Below are positions 1-11,564 of a stretch of DNA of 64,000 nucleotides, one piece after another (the stretch's first letter is position 1; each line of letters opens with the position of its first letter). Position numbers and translations under genes: made by a program. The stretch comes from Octopus sinensis (taxonomy: Eukaryota), in contig NC_043000.1 of NCBI RefSeq assembly GCF_006345805.1, forward strand, positions 78,430,001 through 78,494,000, written 5' to 3'. The notes under the pieces were generated by a model. It was not told where the DNA came from, made no database searches, and saw only the letters and a list, made by a program, of their open reading frames with translations.

Positions 1-398
1 CGACTCAACACGGCTATTCAAGAGAAAAGGCCTAATACGCAGCATGGAGTTCTGCTGCACAACAATGCCCACCCTCATATCGCCAATATGACTCAAGGAA
101 GCCATTCAAATGCATAGCTAGGAAGTGCTGCCACACCTGCCGTACTCTCCTGATTTGGCACCAACGAATTTCCACCTCTTTTGATCTCTCTGCATGGAGT
201 TTCGTTCAAAACTGATGCAGAATTGAGAGCTTGGTTGGATCAAATTTTCAAGTTGAAATTGGATGATTTCTACCAACAAGGTAATGAAAATCTTGTTGAA
301 CGTTGGGAAGAAGTTGATTAATTAGTTGCTATTTTATTAAACCTTTTAAAAAATTGAAATTAAAAAAAAACAGCAGGAACTTAGTTGCCATCTTAATA
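1..398 (+). mobile_element. Mariner (Tc1/mariner) DNA transposon, decayed 3' part with terminal inverted repeat
   Basis: Translation gives LHNNAHPH (degenerate DNA-x-x-H motif) and EVLPHLPYSPDLAPTNFHLF (mariner YSPDLAP motif), then LVERWE. The segment ends in a TIR-like ...GGAACTTAGTTGCCATCTTAATA followed by TA at 399-400. Confidence 0.85.
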
Positions 399-530
399 TA
401 TATACTCAATATAAAATAGTGTACATTTAAGCACATTTAAACATTTGAAGGAGAAAGAAAAGAAGGCAAAAAGAGAGAAAGAGAGAAACAAAGAGAGGAG
501 AACAAGGAAGAAATAAGCCCGAAAAGAAAA

Positions 531-824
531 ATGAAGGAAAACGTAGGACGGAAACAAGATTACTGCTTCTACAAGTTAGTAACCTTCCATTTCTGCCCTG
601 AAATGAAAGACTTGACATGTAATACGGAGGGACATATATGGGTCAACAGGATGACCGATCAGTGGCAGGAGACTGCTCTAATCCCCGAAGAAAGAGTCGC
701 TGAGTTCCTCAGAGCTGCCGGAGAGAGTGTAACGTTTTACACGAGTGTTCGAGTGAGAGAGCGGCTGCCTGAGGGCTCAGTGATGGACTTTAGAGAATTG
801 AAAACTATCATGGAATATGTATAG
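531..824 (+). pseudogene. C-terminal part of family A ORF1 in the 5'-truncated first unit
   Basis: Identical protein to the C-terminal 97 aa of ORF 1813..2610. Homology to the unit starts abruptly at about 447. Confidence 0.85.
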
Positions 825-1202
825 AATTGTGAGAAGAGAGAGAAGAAAGAAGAGAAAAAAGAAAATATTGTGAAATATATGTGACGAAAATGTAACCTCT
901 CGATTCCGGGGATCGAGTGGGCATTTACATCTCATTGTAAATATTCTTTCATATGTCATTTTTTACTTTTATTTTTTCCTTTTCTTGTCATTCGCTTTCT
1001 TATTTTAAGTTCCCCGATTGTATTGTCCCCTCTATGTACGCCCCTTGTGGGTAGTAATAAAATCACCTGGCTCCAAGCTATACGTGTTGTTATCTGTGAC
1101 TAGACAGTGAAACTTTGTTCTGTGTAAATTGATTATTATCGCGCGAGGCGTTTGCCTCCACGTGTGGAAACGTTCCGAAGAAGGTGAATTGACCCTCTAG
1201 TC

Positions 1203-2610
1203 ATGGCGACTTACGCGGGGGTCACGGGAAAAAAAAATAATGATTCGTCGATAATCGTGAAGGATGTTTTCTTTGAGAAGAGTAAACTCAAAGAATATGA
1301 AAAGCTCTTCAAAAGGGAGGGTGATAGCGTGAAGCTAATCCCCCCCGCGAAAGCAAAAGAGGACAAAGAAAACAAGACAGTGACATATAGAACCCAAGAC
1401 AAAAATACGAAGTATCTGGCAAGAGTGGAGATAGCCGAAATCGAAAAATGTCTGGGAGACATAATGGGGAAATCAACCTACGTGAGTAAAGGCAAGAAAT
1501 TTGGTACGGTGGAGGTGAGATGTGCAACGGAAGAAATTGCAGCCTCACTGGCTACCACTGTACTAAGAGCCGAAAAATTTATAATGTGGCCCTCATACAA
1601 GGGAAGAAGAGGGGTCCGGGTTAAAATCCCGAATATACCCCCAGAAGTGAAAACAGAATGGCTGGCAACAGCTATTCTAGGAGCAGCAGAAGAGGAAGTG
1701 GAGGTGGAATCCTTTAAGGAGTCCAACGCGGTAAACTGGAGAGGATACGGGGTAGAACTGTGTTTGATGGCCACAAAAGAGGACATTGAAAGGTTCCCCT
1801 ACAGAATAGAAATTGAAGATAAAAAAAACCCTCAGTGTAATTGTAGAGGGAAGAAAACCAAACTGTTACTTGTGCGGGACAAGGGGGCACATTAAAAAAG
1901 AGTGCCCGTTATACGAATTCGTAGCAGAGTGCGAGCAGGAACTTGAAGAAAAGAAGAATACGGTAAATGAAAAAGAAAACATAGAAAAGGAAACAAAACA
2001 ACAAGAGAAAGGAAATAATAAGTCAATGAAGGAAAAAGAAATAAAAGAAAAGAAAGAAATAGAACCAAAACAGAGTCAGGAAAAAAAAAAGGAAAAAGAA
2101 ACAACAGGAAAAAAACAAGAGAGAGATCAGAATCAAACGAAAAGAAAAGACGGCACACAAAAAGAAAAAGAAAAGGAACATAAAACACGAGAGAAAGAGA
2201 GAACAGACAAAGAACCAAAAAGACAAGAGAAGGAAGAAGAAAGAAAAGAAGGCAAAAAGAGAGAAAGAGAGAAACAAAGAGAGGAGAACAAGGAAGAAAT
2301 AAGCCCGAAAAGAAAAATGAAGGAAAACGTAGGACGGAAACAAGATTACTGCTTCTACAAGTTAGTAACCTTCCATTTCTGCCCTGAAATGAAAGACTTG
2401 ACATGTAATACGGAGGGACATATATGGGTCAACAGGATGACCGATCAGTGGCAGGAGACTGCTCTAATCCCCGAAGAAAGAGTCGCTGAGTTCCTCAGAG
2501 CTGCCGGAGAGAGTGTAACGTTTTACACGAGTGTTCGAGTGAGAGAGCGGCTGCCTGAGGGCTCAGTGATGGACTTTAGAGAATTGAAAACTATCATGGA
2601 ATATGTATAG
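1203..2610 (+). CDS. Family A ORF1 (gag-like nucleic-acid-binding protein), unit 1; about 468 aa if a single extra A at 1821-1828 is removed
   Basis: ORFs 1203..1895 and 1813..2610 join across an A8 run. Contains GTVEVR...TEEIA, PSYKG...NIPPE, a CCHC knuckle CYLCGTRGHIKKEC, a K/E-rich linker and a globular C-terminus. It aligns with the ORF1 of the neighbouring RT-bearing elements. Confidence 0.8.
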
Positions 2611-2988
2611 AACTGTGAGAAGAGAGAGAAGAAAGAAGAGAAAAAAGAAAATATTGTGAAATATATGTGACGAAAATGTAACCTCTCGATTCCGGGGATC
2701 GAGTGGGCATTTACATCTCATTGTAAATATTCTTTCATATGTCATTTTTTACTTTTATTTTTTCCTTTTCTTGTCATTCGCTTTCTTATTTTAAGTTCCC
2801 CGATTGTATTGTCCCCTCTATGTACGCCCCTTGTGGGTAGTAATAAAATCACCTGGCTCCAAGCTATACGTGTTGTTATCTGTGACTAGACAGTGAAACT
2901 TTGTTCTGTGTAAATTGATTATTATCGCGCGAGGCGTTTGCCTCCACGTGTGGAAACGTTCCGAAGAAGGTGAATTGACCCTCTAGTC

Positions 2989-4389
2989 ATGGCGACTTAC
3001 GCGGGGGTCACGGGAAAAAAAAATAATGATTCGTCGATAATCGTGAAGGATGTTTTCTTTGAGAAGAGTAAACTCAAAGAATATGAAAAGCTCTTCAAAA
3101 GGGAGGGTGATAGCGTGAAGCTAATCCCCCCCGCGAAAGCAAAAGAGGACAAAGAAAACAAGACAGTGACATATAGAACCCAAGACAAAAATACGAAGTA
3201 TCTGGCAAGAGTGGAGATAGCCGAAATCGAAAAATGTCTGGGAGACATAATGGGGAAATCAACCTACGTGAGTAAAGGCAAGAAATTTGGTACGGTGGAG
3301 GTGAGATGTGCAACGGAAGAAATTGCAGCCTCACTGGCTACCACTGTACTAAGAGCCGAAAAATTTATAATGTGGCCCTCATACAAGGGAAGAAGAGGGG
3401 TCCGGGTTAAAATCCCGAATATACCCCCAGAAGTGAAAACAGAATGGCTGGCAACAGCTATTCTAGGAGCAGCAGAAGAGGAAGTGGAGGTGGAATCCTT
3501 TAAGGAGTCCAACGCGGTAAACTGGAGAGGATACGGGGTAGAACTGTGTTTGATGGCCACAAAAGAGGACATTGAAAGGTTCCCCTACAGAATAGAAATT
3601 GAAGATAAAAAAAACCCTCAGTGTAATTGTAGAGGGAAGAAAACCAAACTGTTACTTGTGCGGGACAAGGGGGCACATTAAAAAAGAGTGCCCGTTATAC
3701 GAATTCGTAGCGGAGTGCGAGCAGGAACTTGAAGAAAAGAAGAATACGGTAAATGAAAAAGAAAACATAGAAAAGGAAACAAAACAACAAGAGAAAGGAA
3801 ATAATAAGTCAATGAAGGAAAAAGAAATAAAAGAAAAGAAGAATAGAACCAAAACAGAGTCAGGAAAAAAAAAGGAAAAGAAACAACAGGAAAAAAACAA
3901 GAGAGAGATCAGAATCAAACGAAAAGAAAAGACGGCACACAAAAAGAAAAAGAAAAGGAACATAAAACACGAGAGAAAGAGAGAACAGACAAAGAACCAA
4001 AAAGACAAGAGAAGGAAGAAGAAAGAAGAAGGCAAAAAGAGAGAAAGAGAGAAACAAAGAGAGGAGAACAAGGAAGAAATAAGCCCGAAAAGAAAAACGA
4101 GGAAAATGTAGGACGGAAACAAGATTACTGCTTCTACAAGTTAGTAACCTTCCATTTCTGCCCTGAAATGAAAGACTTGACATGTAATACGGAGGGACAT
4201 ATATGGGTCAACAGGATGACCGATCAGTGGCAGGAGACTGCTCTAATCCCCGAAGAAAGAGTCGCTGAGTTCCTCAGAGCTGCCGGAGAGAGTGTAACGT
4301 TTTACACGAGTGTTCGAGTGAGAGAGCGGCTGCCTGAGGGCTCAGTGATGGACTTTAGAGAATTGAAAGCTATCATGGAATATGCATAG
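2989..4389 (+). pseudogene. Family A ORF1, unit 2 (frameshifted as assembled)
   Basis: ORF pieces 2989..3681, 3599..4111 and 4168..4389 match unit 1. Confidence 0.8.
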
Positions 4390-4768
4390 AATTGTGAGAA
4401 GAGAGAGAAGAAAGAAGAGAAAAAAGAAAATATTGTGAAATATATGTGACGAAAATGTAACCTCTCGATTCCGGGGATCGAGTGGGCATTTACATCTCAT
4501 TGTAAATATTCTGTCATATGTCATTTTTTTACTTTTATTTTTTCCTTTTCTTGTCATTCGCTTTCTTATTTTAAGTTCCCCGATTGTATTGTCCCCTCTA
4601 TGTTCGCCCCTTGTGGGTAATAATAAAATCACCTGGCTCCAAGCTATACGTGTTGTTATCTGTGACTAGACAGTGAAACTTTGTTCTGTGTAAATTGATT
4701 ATTATCGCGCGAGGCGTTTGCCTCCACGTGTGGAAACGTTCCGAAGAAGGTGAATTGACCCTCTAGTC

Positions 4769-6174
4769 ATGGCGACTTACGCGGGGGTCACGGGAAAAAA
4801 AAATAATGATTCGTCGATAATCGTGAAGGATGTTTTCTTTGAGAAGAGTAAACTCAAAGAATATGAAAAGCTCTTCAAAAGGGAGGGTGATAGCGTGAAG
4901 CTAGTCCCCCCCGCGAAAGCAAAAGAGGACAATGAAAACAAGACAGTGACATATAGAACCCAAGACAAAAATACGAAGAAACTGGCAAGAGTGGAGATAG
5001 CCGAAATCGAAAAATGTCTGGGAGACATAATGGGGAAATCAACCTACGTGAGTTGAGGCAAGAAATTTGGTACGGTGGAGGTGAGATGTGCAACGGAAGA
5101 AATTGCAGCCTCACTGGCTACCACTGTAATAAGAGCCGAAAAATTTATAATGTGGCCCTCATACAAGGGAAGAAGAGGGGTCCGGGTTAAAATCCCGAAT
5201 ATACCCCCAGAAGTGAAAACAGAATGGCTGGCAACAGCTATTCTAGGAGCAGCAGAAGAGGAAGTGGAGGTGGAATCCTTTAAGGAGTCCAACGCGGTAA
5301 ACTGGAGAGGATATGGGGTAGAACTGTGTTTGATGGCCACAAAAGAGGACATTGAAAGGTTCCCCTACAGAATAGAAATTGAAGATGAAAAAACCCTCAG
5401 TGTAATTGTAGAGGGAAGAAAACCAAACTGTTACTTGTGCGGGACAAGGAGGCACATTAAAAAAGATTGCCCGTTATACGAATTCGTAGCGGAGTGCGAG
5501 CAGGAACTTGAAGAAAAGAAGAATACGGTAAATGAAAAAGAAAACATAGAAAAGGAAACAAAACAACAAGAGAAAGGAAATAATAAGTCAATGAAGGAAA
5601 AAGAAATAAAAGAAAAGAAAGAAATAGAACCAAAACAGAGTCAGGAAAAAAAAAAGGAAAAAGAAACAACAGGAAAAAAACAAGAGAGAGATCAGAATCA
5701 AACGAAAAGAAAAGACGGCACACAAAAAGAAAAAGAAAAGGAACATAAAACACGAGAGAAAGAGAGAACAAACAAAGAACCAAAAAGACAAGAGAAAGAA
5801 GGAGAAAGAAAAGAAGGCAAAAAGAGAGAAAGAGAGAAACAAAGAGAGGAGAACAAGGAAGAAATAAGCCCGAAAAGAAAAATGAAGGAAACGTAGGACG
5901 GAAACAAGATTACTGCTTCTACAAGTTAGTAACCTTCCATTTCTGCCCTGAAATGAAAGAATTGACATGTAATACGGAGGGACTTATATGGGTCAACAGG
6001 ATGACCGATCAGTGGCAGGAGACTGCTCTAATCCCCGAAGAAAGAGTCGTTGAGTTCCTCAGAGCTGCCGGAGAGAGTGTAACGTTTTACACGAGTGTTC
6101 GAGTGAGAGAGCGGCTGCCTGAGGGCTCAGTGATGGACTTTAGAGAATTGAAAGCTATCATGGAATATGTATAG
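4769..6174 (+). pseudogene. Family A ORF1, unit 3 (nonsense codon at 5054-5056, late frameshift)
   Basis: ORF pieces 4769..5056, 5075..5896 and 5953..6174. This copy reads in frame through IEDEKTLSV into the zinc knuckle. Confidence 0.8.
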
Positions 6175-6553
6175 AATTGTGAGAAGAGAGAGAAGAAAGA
6201 AGAGAAAAAAGAAAATATTGTGAAATATATGTGACGAAAATGTAACCTCTCGATTCCGGGGATCTAGTGGGCATTTACATCTCATTGTAAATATTCTTTC
6301 ATATGTCATTTTTTTACTTTTATTTTTTCCTTTTCTTGTCATTCGCTTTCTTATTTTAAGTTCCCCGATTGTATTGTCCCCTCTATGTTCGCCCCTTGTG
6401 GGTAATAATAAAATCACCTGGCTCCAAGCTATACGTGTTGTTATCTGTGACTAGACAGTGAAACTTTGTTCTGTGTAAATTGATTATTATCGCGCGAGGC
6501 GTTTGCCTCCACGTGTGGAAACGTTCCGAAGAAGGTGAATTGACCCTCTAGTC

Positions 6554-7948
6554 ATGACGACTTACGCGGGGGTCACGGGAAAAAAAAATAATGATTCGTC
6601 GATAATCGTGAAGGATGTTTTCTTTGAGAAGAGTAAACTCAAAGAATATGAAAAGCTCTTCAAAAGGGAGGGTGATAGCGTGAAGCTAATCCCCCCCGCG
6701 AAAGCAAAAGAGGACAAAGAAAACAAGACAGTGACATATAGAACCCAAGACAAAAATACGAAGAAACTGGCAAGAGTGGAGATAGCCGAAATCGAAAAAT
6801 GTCTGGGAGACATAATGGGGAAATCAACCTACGTGAGTAGAGGCAAGAATTTGGTACGGTGGAGGTGAGATGTGCAACGGAAGAATGCAGCCTCACTGGC
6901 TACCACTGTACTAAGAGCGGAAAAATTTATAATGTGGCCCTCATACAAGGGAAGAAGAGGTCCGGTTAAAATCCCGAATATACCCCCAGAAGTGAAAACA
7001 GAATGGCTGGCAACAGCTATTCTAGGAGCAGCAGAGAGGAAGTGGAGGTGGAATCCTTTAAGGAGTCCAACGCGGTAAACTGGAGAGGATATGGGGTAGA
7101 ACTGTGTTTGATGGCCACAAAAGAGGACATTGAAAGGTTCCCCTACAGAATAGAAATTGAAGATAAAAAAAACCCTCAGTGTAATTGTAGAGGGAAGAAA
7201 ACCAAACTGTTACTTGTGCGGGACAAGGGGGCACATTGAAAAAGAGTGCCCGTTATACGAATTCGTAGCGGAGTGCGAGCAGGAAATTGAAGAAAAGAAG
7301 AATACGGTAAATGAAAAAGAAAACATAGAAAAGGAAACAAAACAACAAGAGAAAGGAAATAATAAGTCAATGAAGGAAAAAGAATAAAAGAAAAGAAAGA
7401 AATAGAACCAAAACAGAGTCAGGAAAAAAAAAGGAAAAAGAAACAACAGGAAAAAAACAAGAGAGAGATCAGAATCAAACGAAAAGAAAAGACGGCACAC
7501 AAAAAGAAAAAGAAAAGGAACATAAAACACGAGAGAAAGAGAGAACAGACAAAGAACCAAAAGACAAGAGAAGAAGGAGAAAGAAAAGAAGGCAAAAAGA
7601 GAGAAAGAGAGAAACAAAGAGAGGAGAACAAGGAAGAAAAGCCCGAAAAGAAAAATGAAGGAAAACGTAGGACGGAAACAAGATTACTGCTTCTACAAGT
7701 TAGTAACCTTCCATTTCTGCCCTGAAATGAAAGAATTGACATGTAATACGGAGGGACATATATGGGTCAACAGGATGACCGATCAGTGGCAGGAGACTGC
7801 TCTAATCCCCGAAGAAAGAGTCGTTGAGTTCCTCAGAGCTGCCGGAGAGAGTGTAACGTTTTACACGAGTGTTCGAGTGAGAGAGCGGCTGCCTGAGGGC
7901 TCAGTGATGGACTTTAGAGAATTGAAAGCTATCATGGAATATGTATAG
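6554..7948 (+). pseudogene. Family A ORF1, unit 4 (several indels)
   Basis: ORF pieces 6554..6868, 6872..7078, 7003..7239, 7157..7387 and 7655..7948 match unit 1. Confidence 0.8.
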
Positions 7949-8323
7949 AATTGTGAGAGAGAGAGAAGAAAGAAGAGAAAAAGAAAATATTGTGAAATAT
8001 ATGTGACGAAAATGTAACATCTCGATTCCGGGGATCGAGTGGGCATTTACATCTCATTGTAAATATTCTTTCATATGTCATTTTTTACTTTTATTTTTTC
8101 CTTTTCTTGTCATTCGCTTTCTTATTTTAAGTTCCCCGATTGTATTGTCCCCTCTATGTACGCCCCTGTGGGTAATAATAAAATCACCTGGCTCCAAGCT
8201 ATACGTGTTGTTATCTGTGACTAGACAGTGAAACTTTGTTCTGTGTAAATTGATTATTATCGCGCGAGGCGTTTGCCTCCACGTGTGGAAACGTTCCGAA
8301 GAAGGTGAATTGACCCTCTAGTC

Positions 8324-9723
8324 ATGGCGACTTACGCGGGGGTCACGGGAAAAAAAATAATGATTCGTCGATAATCGTGAAGGATGTTTTCTTTGAGAAG
8401 AGTAAACTCAAAGAATATGAAAAGCTCTTCAAAAGGGAGGGTGATAGCGTGAAGCTAATCCCCCCCGCGAAAGCAAAAGAGGACAAAGAAAACAAGACAG
8501 TGACATATAGAACCCAAGACAAAAATACGAAGAAACTGGCAAGAGTGGAGATAGCCGAAATCGAAAAATGTCTGGGAGACATAATGGGGAAATCAACCTA
8601 CGTGAGTAGAGGCAAGAAATTTGGTACGGTGGAGGTGAGATGTGCAACGGAAGAAATTGCAGCCTCACTGGCTACCACTGTACTAAGAGCCGAAAAATTT
8701 ATAATGTGGCCCTCATACAAGGGAAGAAGAGGGGTCCGGGTTAAAATCCCGAATATACCCCCAGAAGTGAAAACAATGGCTGGCAACAGCTATTCTAGGA
8801 GCAGCAGAAGAGGAAGTGGAGGTGGAATCCTTAAGGAGTCCAACGCGGTAAACTGGAGAGGATATGGGGTAGAACTGTGTTTGATGGCCACAAAAGAGGA
8901 CATTGAAAGGTTCCCCTACAGAATAGAAATTGAAGATAAAAAAACCCCTCAGTGTAATTGTAGAGGGAAGAAAACCAAACTGTTACTTGTGCGGGACAAG
9001 GGGGCACATTAAAAAAGAGTGCCCGTTATACGAATTCGTAGCGGAGTGCGAGCAGGAACTTGAAGAAAAGAAGAATACGGTAAATGAAAAAGAAAACATA
9101 GAAAAGGAAACAAAACAACAAGAGAAAGGAAATAATAAGTCAATGAAGGAAAAAGAAATAAAAGAAAAGAAGAAATAGAACCAAAACAGAGTCAGGGAAA
9201 AAAAAAAGGAAAAAGAAACAACAGGAAAAAACAAAAGAGAGATCAGAATCAAACGAAAAGAAAAGACGGCACACAAAAAGAAAAAGAAAAGGAACATAAA
9301 ACACGAGAGAAAGAGAGAACAGACAAAGAACCAAAAAGACAAGAGAAGAAGGAGAAAGAAGAGCAAAAAGAGAGAAGAGAGAAACAAAGAGAGGAGAACA
9401 AGGAAGAAATAAGCCCGAAAAGAAAATGAAGGAAAACGTAGGACGGAAACAAGATTACTTTACTGCTTCTACAGTTAGTAACCTTCCATTTCTGCCCTGA
9501 AATGAAAGACTTGACATGTAATACGGAGGGACATATATGGGTCAACAGGATGACCGATCAGTGGCAGGAGACTGCTCTAATCCCCGAAGAAAGAGTCGCT
9601 GAGTTCCTCAGAGCTGCCGGAGAGAGTGTAACGTTTTACACGAGTGTTCGAGTGAGAGAGCGGCTGCCTGAGGGCTCAGTGATGGACTTTAGAGAATTGA
9701 AAGCTATCATGGAATATGTATAG
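8324..9723 (+). pseudogene. Family A ORF1, unit 5 (several indels)
   Basis: ATG at 8324; ORF pieces 8377..9012, 8930..9178 and 9502..9723 match unit 1. Confidence 0.8.
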
Positions 9724-10187
9724 AATTGTGAGAAGAGAGAGAAGAAAGAAGAGAAAAAAGAAAATATTGTGAAATATATGTGACGAAAATGTAACCTCTC
9801 GATTCCGGGGATCGAGTGGGCATTTACATCTCATTGTAAATATTCTTTCATATGTCATTTTTTACTTTTATTTTTTCTCCTTTTCTTGTCATTCGCTTTC
9901 TTATTTTAAGTTCCCCGATTGTATTGTCCCCTCTATGTTCGCCCCTTGTGGGTAATAATAAAATCACCTGGCTCCAAGCTAATTGCGTTTATTAGTAAGT
10001 TGATATATTTTTGCTCTCGTACTATTATCTCTGTTATTATATACTGTTGGTCTACCTGTTTTGTCTATTGTTGTCTAACTGACGAAGTCAGCCTTCGCGC
10101 GAAGACTTCGCGTTGGTGTCCCCCCTCCGTGGGGAAAACTACAATTATTTGGATTTACCAAAGGCTTGTTAAAGCCATTTGTTCAAG

Positions 10188-11556
10188 ATGGAGTCCCCCA
10201 TCTCTTATTCGCCCGTGACGAGCGAGGATGAATACCCGGCGTTGTCGCCAACAAAAAAAGAGGCGTTGTCGCCAAGAAAAAAAGAGGCGTTGTCGCCGAA
10301 GAAAAAAGTGGCGGCGTCGCCCAAGAAAATGGAAAAACCAGTACCAGCATCAACTCCAGCAAAAAAATCGCTGAAGTGGCTGGGACAAAGATCAAAAAAT
10401 AAATATAGAAAATTTTAAAAAATTGCAGACTGTGTAAAAAAAGAAGGCACAGAGTGACTGTGGCCACAAACATACAAATACATGACGATATAGAAAAAAA
10501 AAGAATAATATATAAAACTTACGACACAACGAAAAAAATGATCCAAAAAATCGAAGAAAAAAATAGAGTCTTGTCTAAAACCTTTTATGGATAAAATAAC
10601 GTATATAAACAGAGGAAAAAGATACGGCACAGTGGAGGTGCGTTTTACTACGGAGGAGATAGCGAAGAAACTATCGATGGAGCCAATCAAAGCGGAAAAC
10701 ATTGTCTTACTACCATTGTATAAAGGAAAAAGGACGTCGAAAATTTCAATGAACAACATACCGCCAGAGGCAGATGCTGAATGTCTGGTGGCAGCAGTGA
10801 TGGTAGGTCTGGAGAAAAAATAAACATCCTCCAGGCCACAGTGGAGGAAGAGGAGTTTTGAAAGGGCAGAAAATAGTGATAGCCATTCAGGCGGAGGTGC
10901 AAACACTGGAAGAAATTCCAGAAACGGTAAAGATTAGTGAAGACGAGAAAATAACAGTTTTCGTGGAGGGCAGGAAGCCGAGGTGCTTCGGCTGCGACAA
11001 GAAGGGTCATGTAAGGGCGGAATGCCAACCCCAACCCAAACCGCAGGAAGCACCTAAGCCAAAAGAAAAAGAAGATAATGTGTCACCAGAAGCAGCGTCG
11101 GACGGCCCAGAAGGGAAGACTGAAGGTGTGGAGGTGACGGTGACAGCAGAACCAGCGGCGGAGAAAAAAAGAGCGAGGAAAAGATAAATGAGGAGGGGTG
11201 GGCAAAAATTACCGAAAAAAAAAGAAAAACGGAAACCACCCCTCCCAGAGTAATTTTAAAAAAGAAAAAAGAGTCAATGAACTCGTATATGGCCGTAAAG
11301 GCAGCAAATAGCAGACTCGGAAACGTGTTGGCAGCCATGGCCAAAGTGGAGAAAGTAGTGAAAAAAAAACGACTTTGTAATTTACAGAATAGGCCGGAAG
11401 GATTACGGGCGGATAAAGTCAGAATTCTTCCATGACGTAGGCCCACTTAGATTGGATGTGACATCTCCACATATATTCGAGGGCCTACGTCAGACTCCCC
11501 CACGAGGCCCAGAAAAAGAGTTAGAAGAACAAGAGAAAACCGAACCACTGATATAA
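10188..11556 (+). pseudogene. T1 ORF1 (SPxK-repeat leader, gag-like core, knuckle CFGCDKKGHVRAEC), frameshifted
   Basis: ORF pieces 10179..10418, 10587..10823 and 10858..11187; matches T3 ORF 20852..21799. Confidence 0.8.
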
Positions 11557-11564
11557 GGTAAGTA

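Larger units (their letters stand above)
447..9971 (+). repeat. Tandem array of a ~1.78-kb ORF1-only (half-LINE-like) element, family A: one 5'-truncated unit plus five full units
   Basis: Unit boundaries at ACCTGG|CTCCAAGCTA give 447-1070 (partial), 1071-2856, 2857-4636, 4637-6421, 6422-8191 and 8192-9971. Units are near-identical. Each has a ~130-nt 5' UTR, a gag-like ORF and a ~250-nt 3' UTR, with no endonuclease or RT sequence. Confidence 0.93.

Noticed and set aside
810-824. A C-terminus MEYV* as a relic of the T ORF2 start MDYI
   Set aside because: Four-residue similarity is not distinguishable from chance.
1065-1080. ACCTGG junction as a U1, U2 or 18S rRNA target
   Set aside because: The match is only 6-8 nt, and the flanks do not continue into those RNAs as I recall them.
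1821-1830. A-AAA-AAC as a programmed -1 frameshift site
   Set aside because: The downstream knuckle ORF is in the +1 frame (1203 vs 1813), so a -1 slip would not restore it.
427-9858. Many minus-strand F/S/L-rich ORFs over the A array, and similar antisense ORFs over T and B
   Set aside because: They are shadows of purine-rich or C/A-rich sense coding sequence, with no motifs and inconsistent frames between copies.
10078-10112. CTGACGA...stem in the T 5' UTR as a hammerhead
   Set aside because: No GAAA follows the stem and no stem III or cleavage triplet forms; it is only a hairpin.
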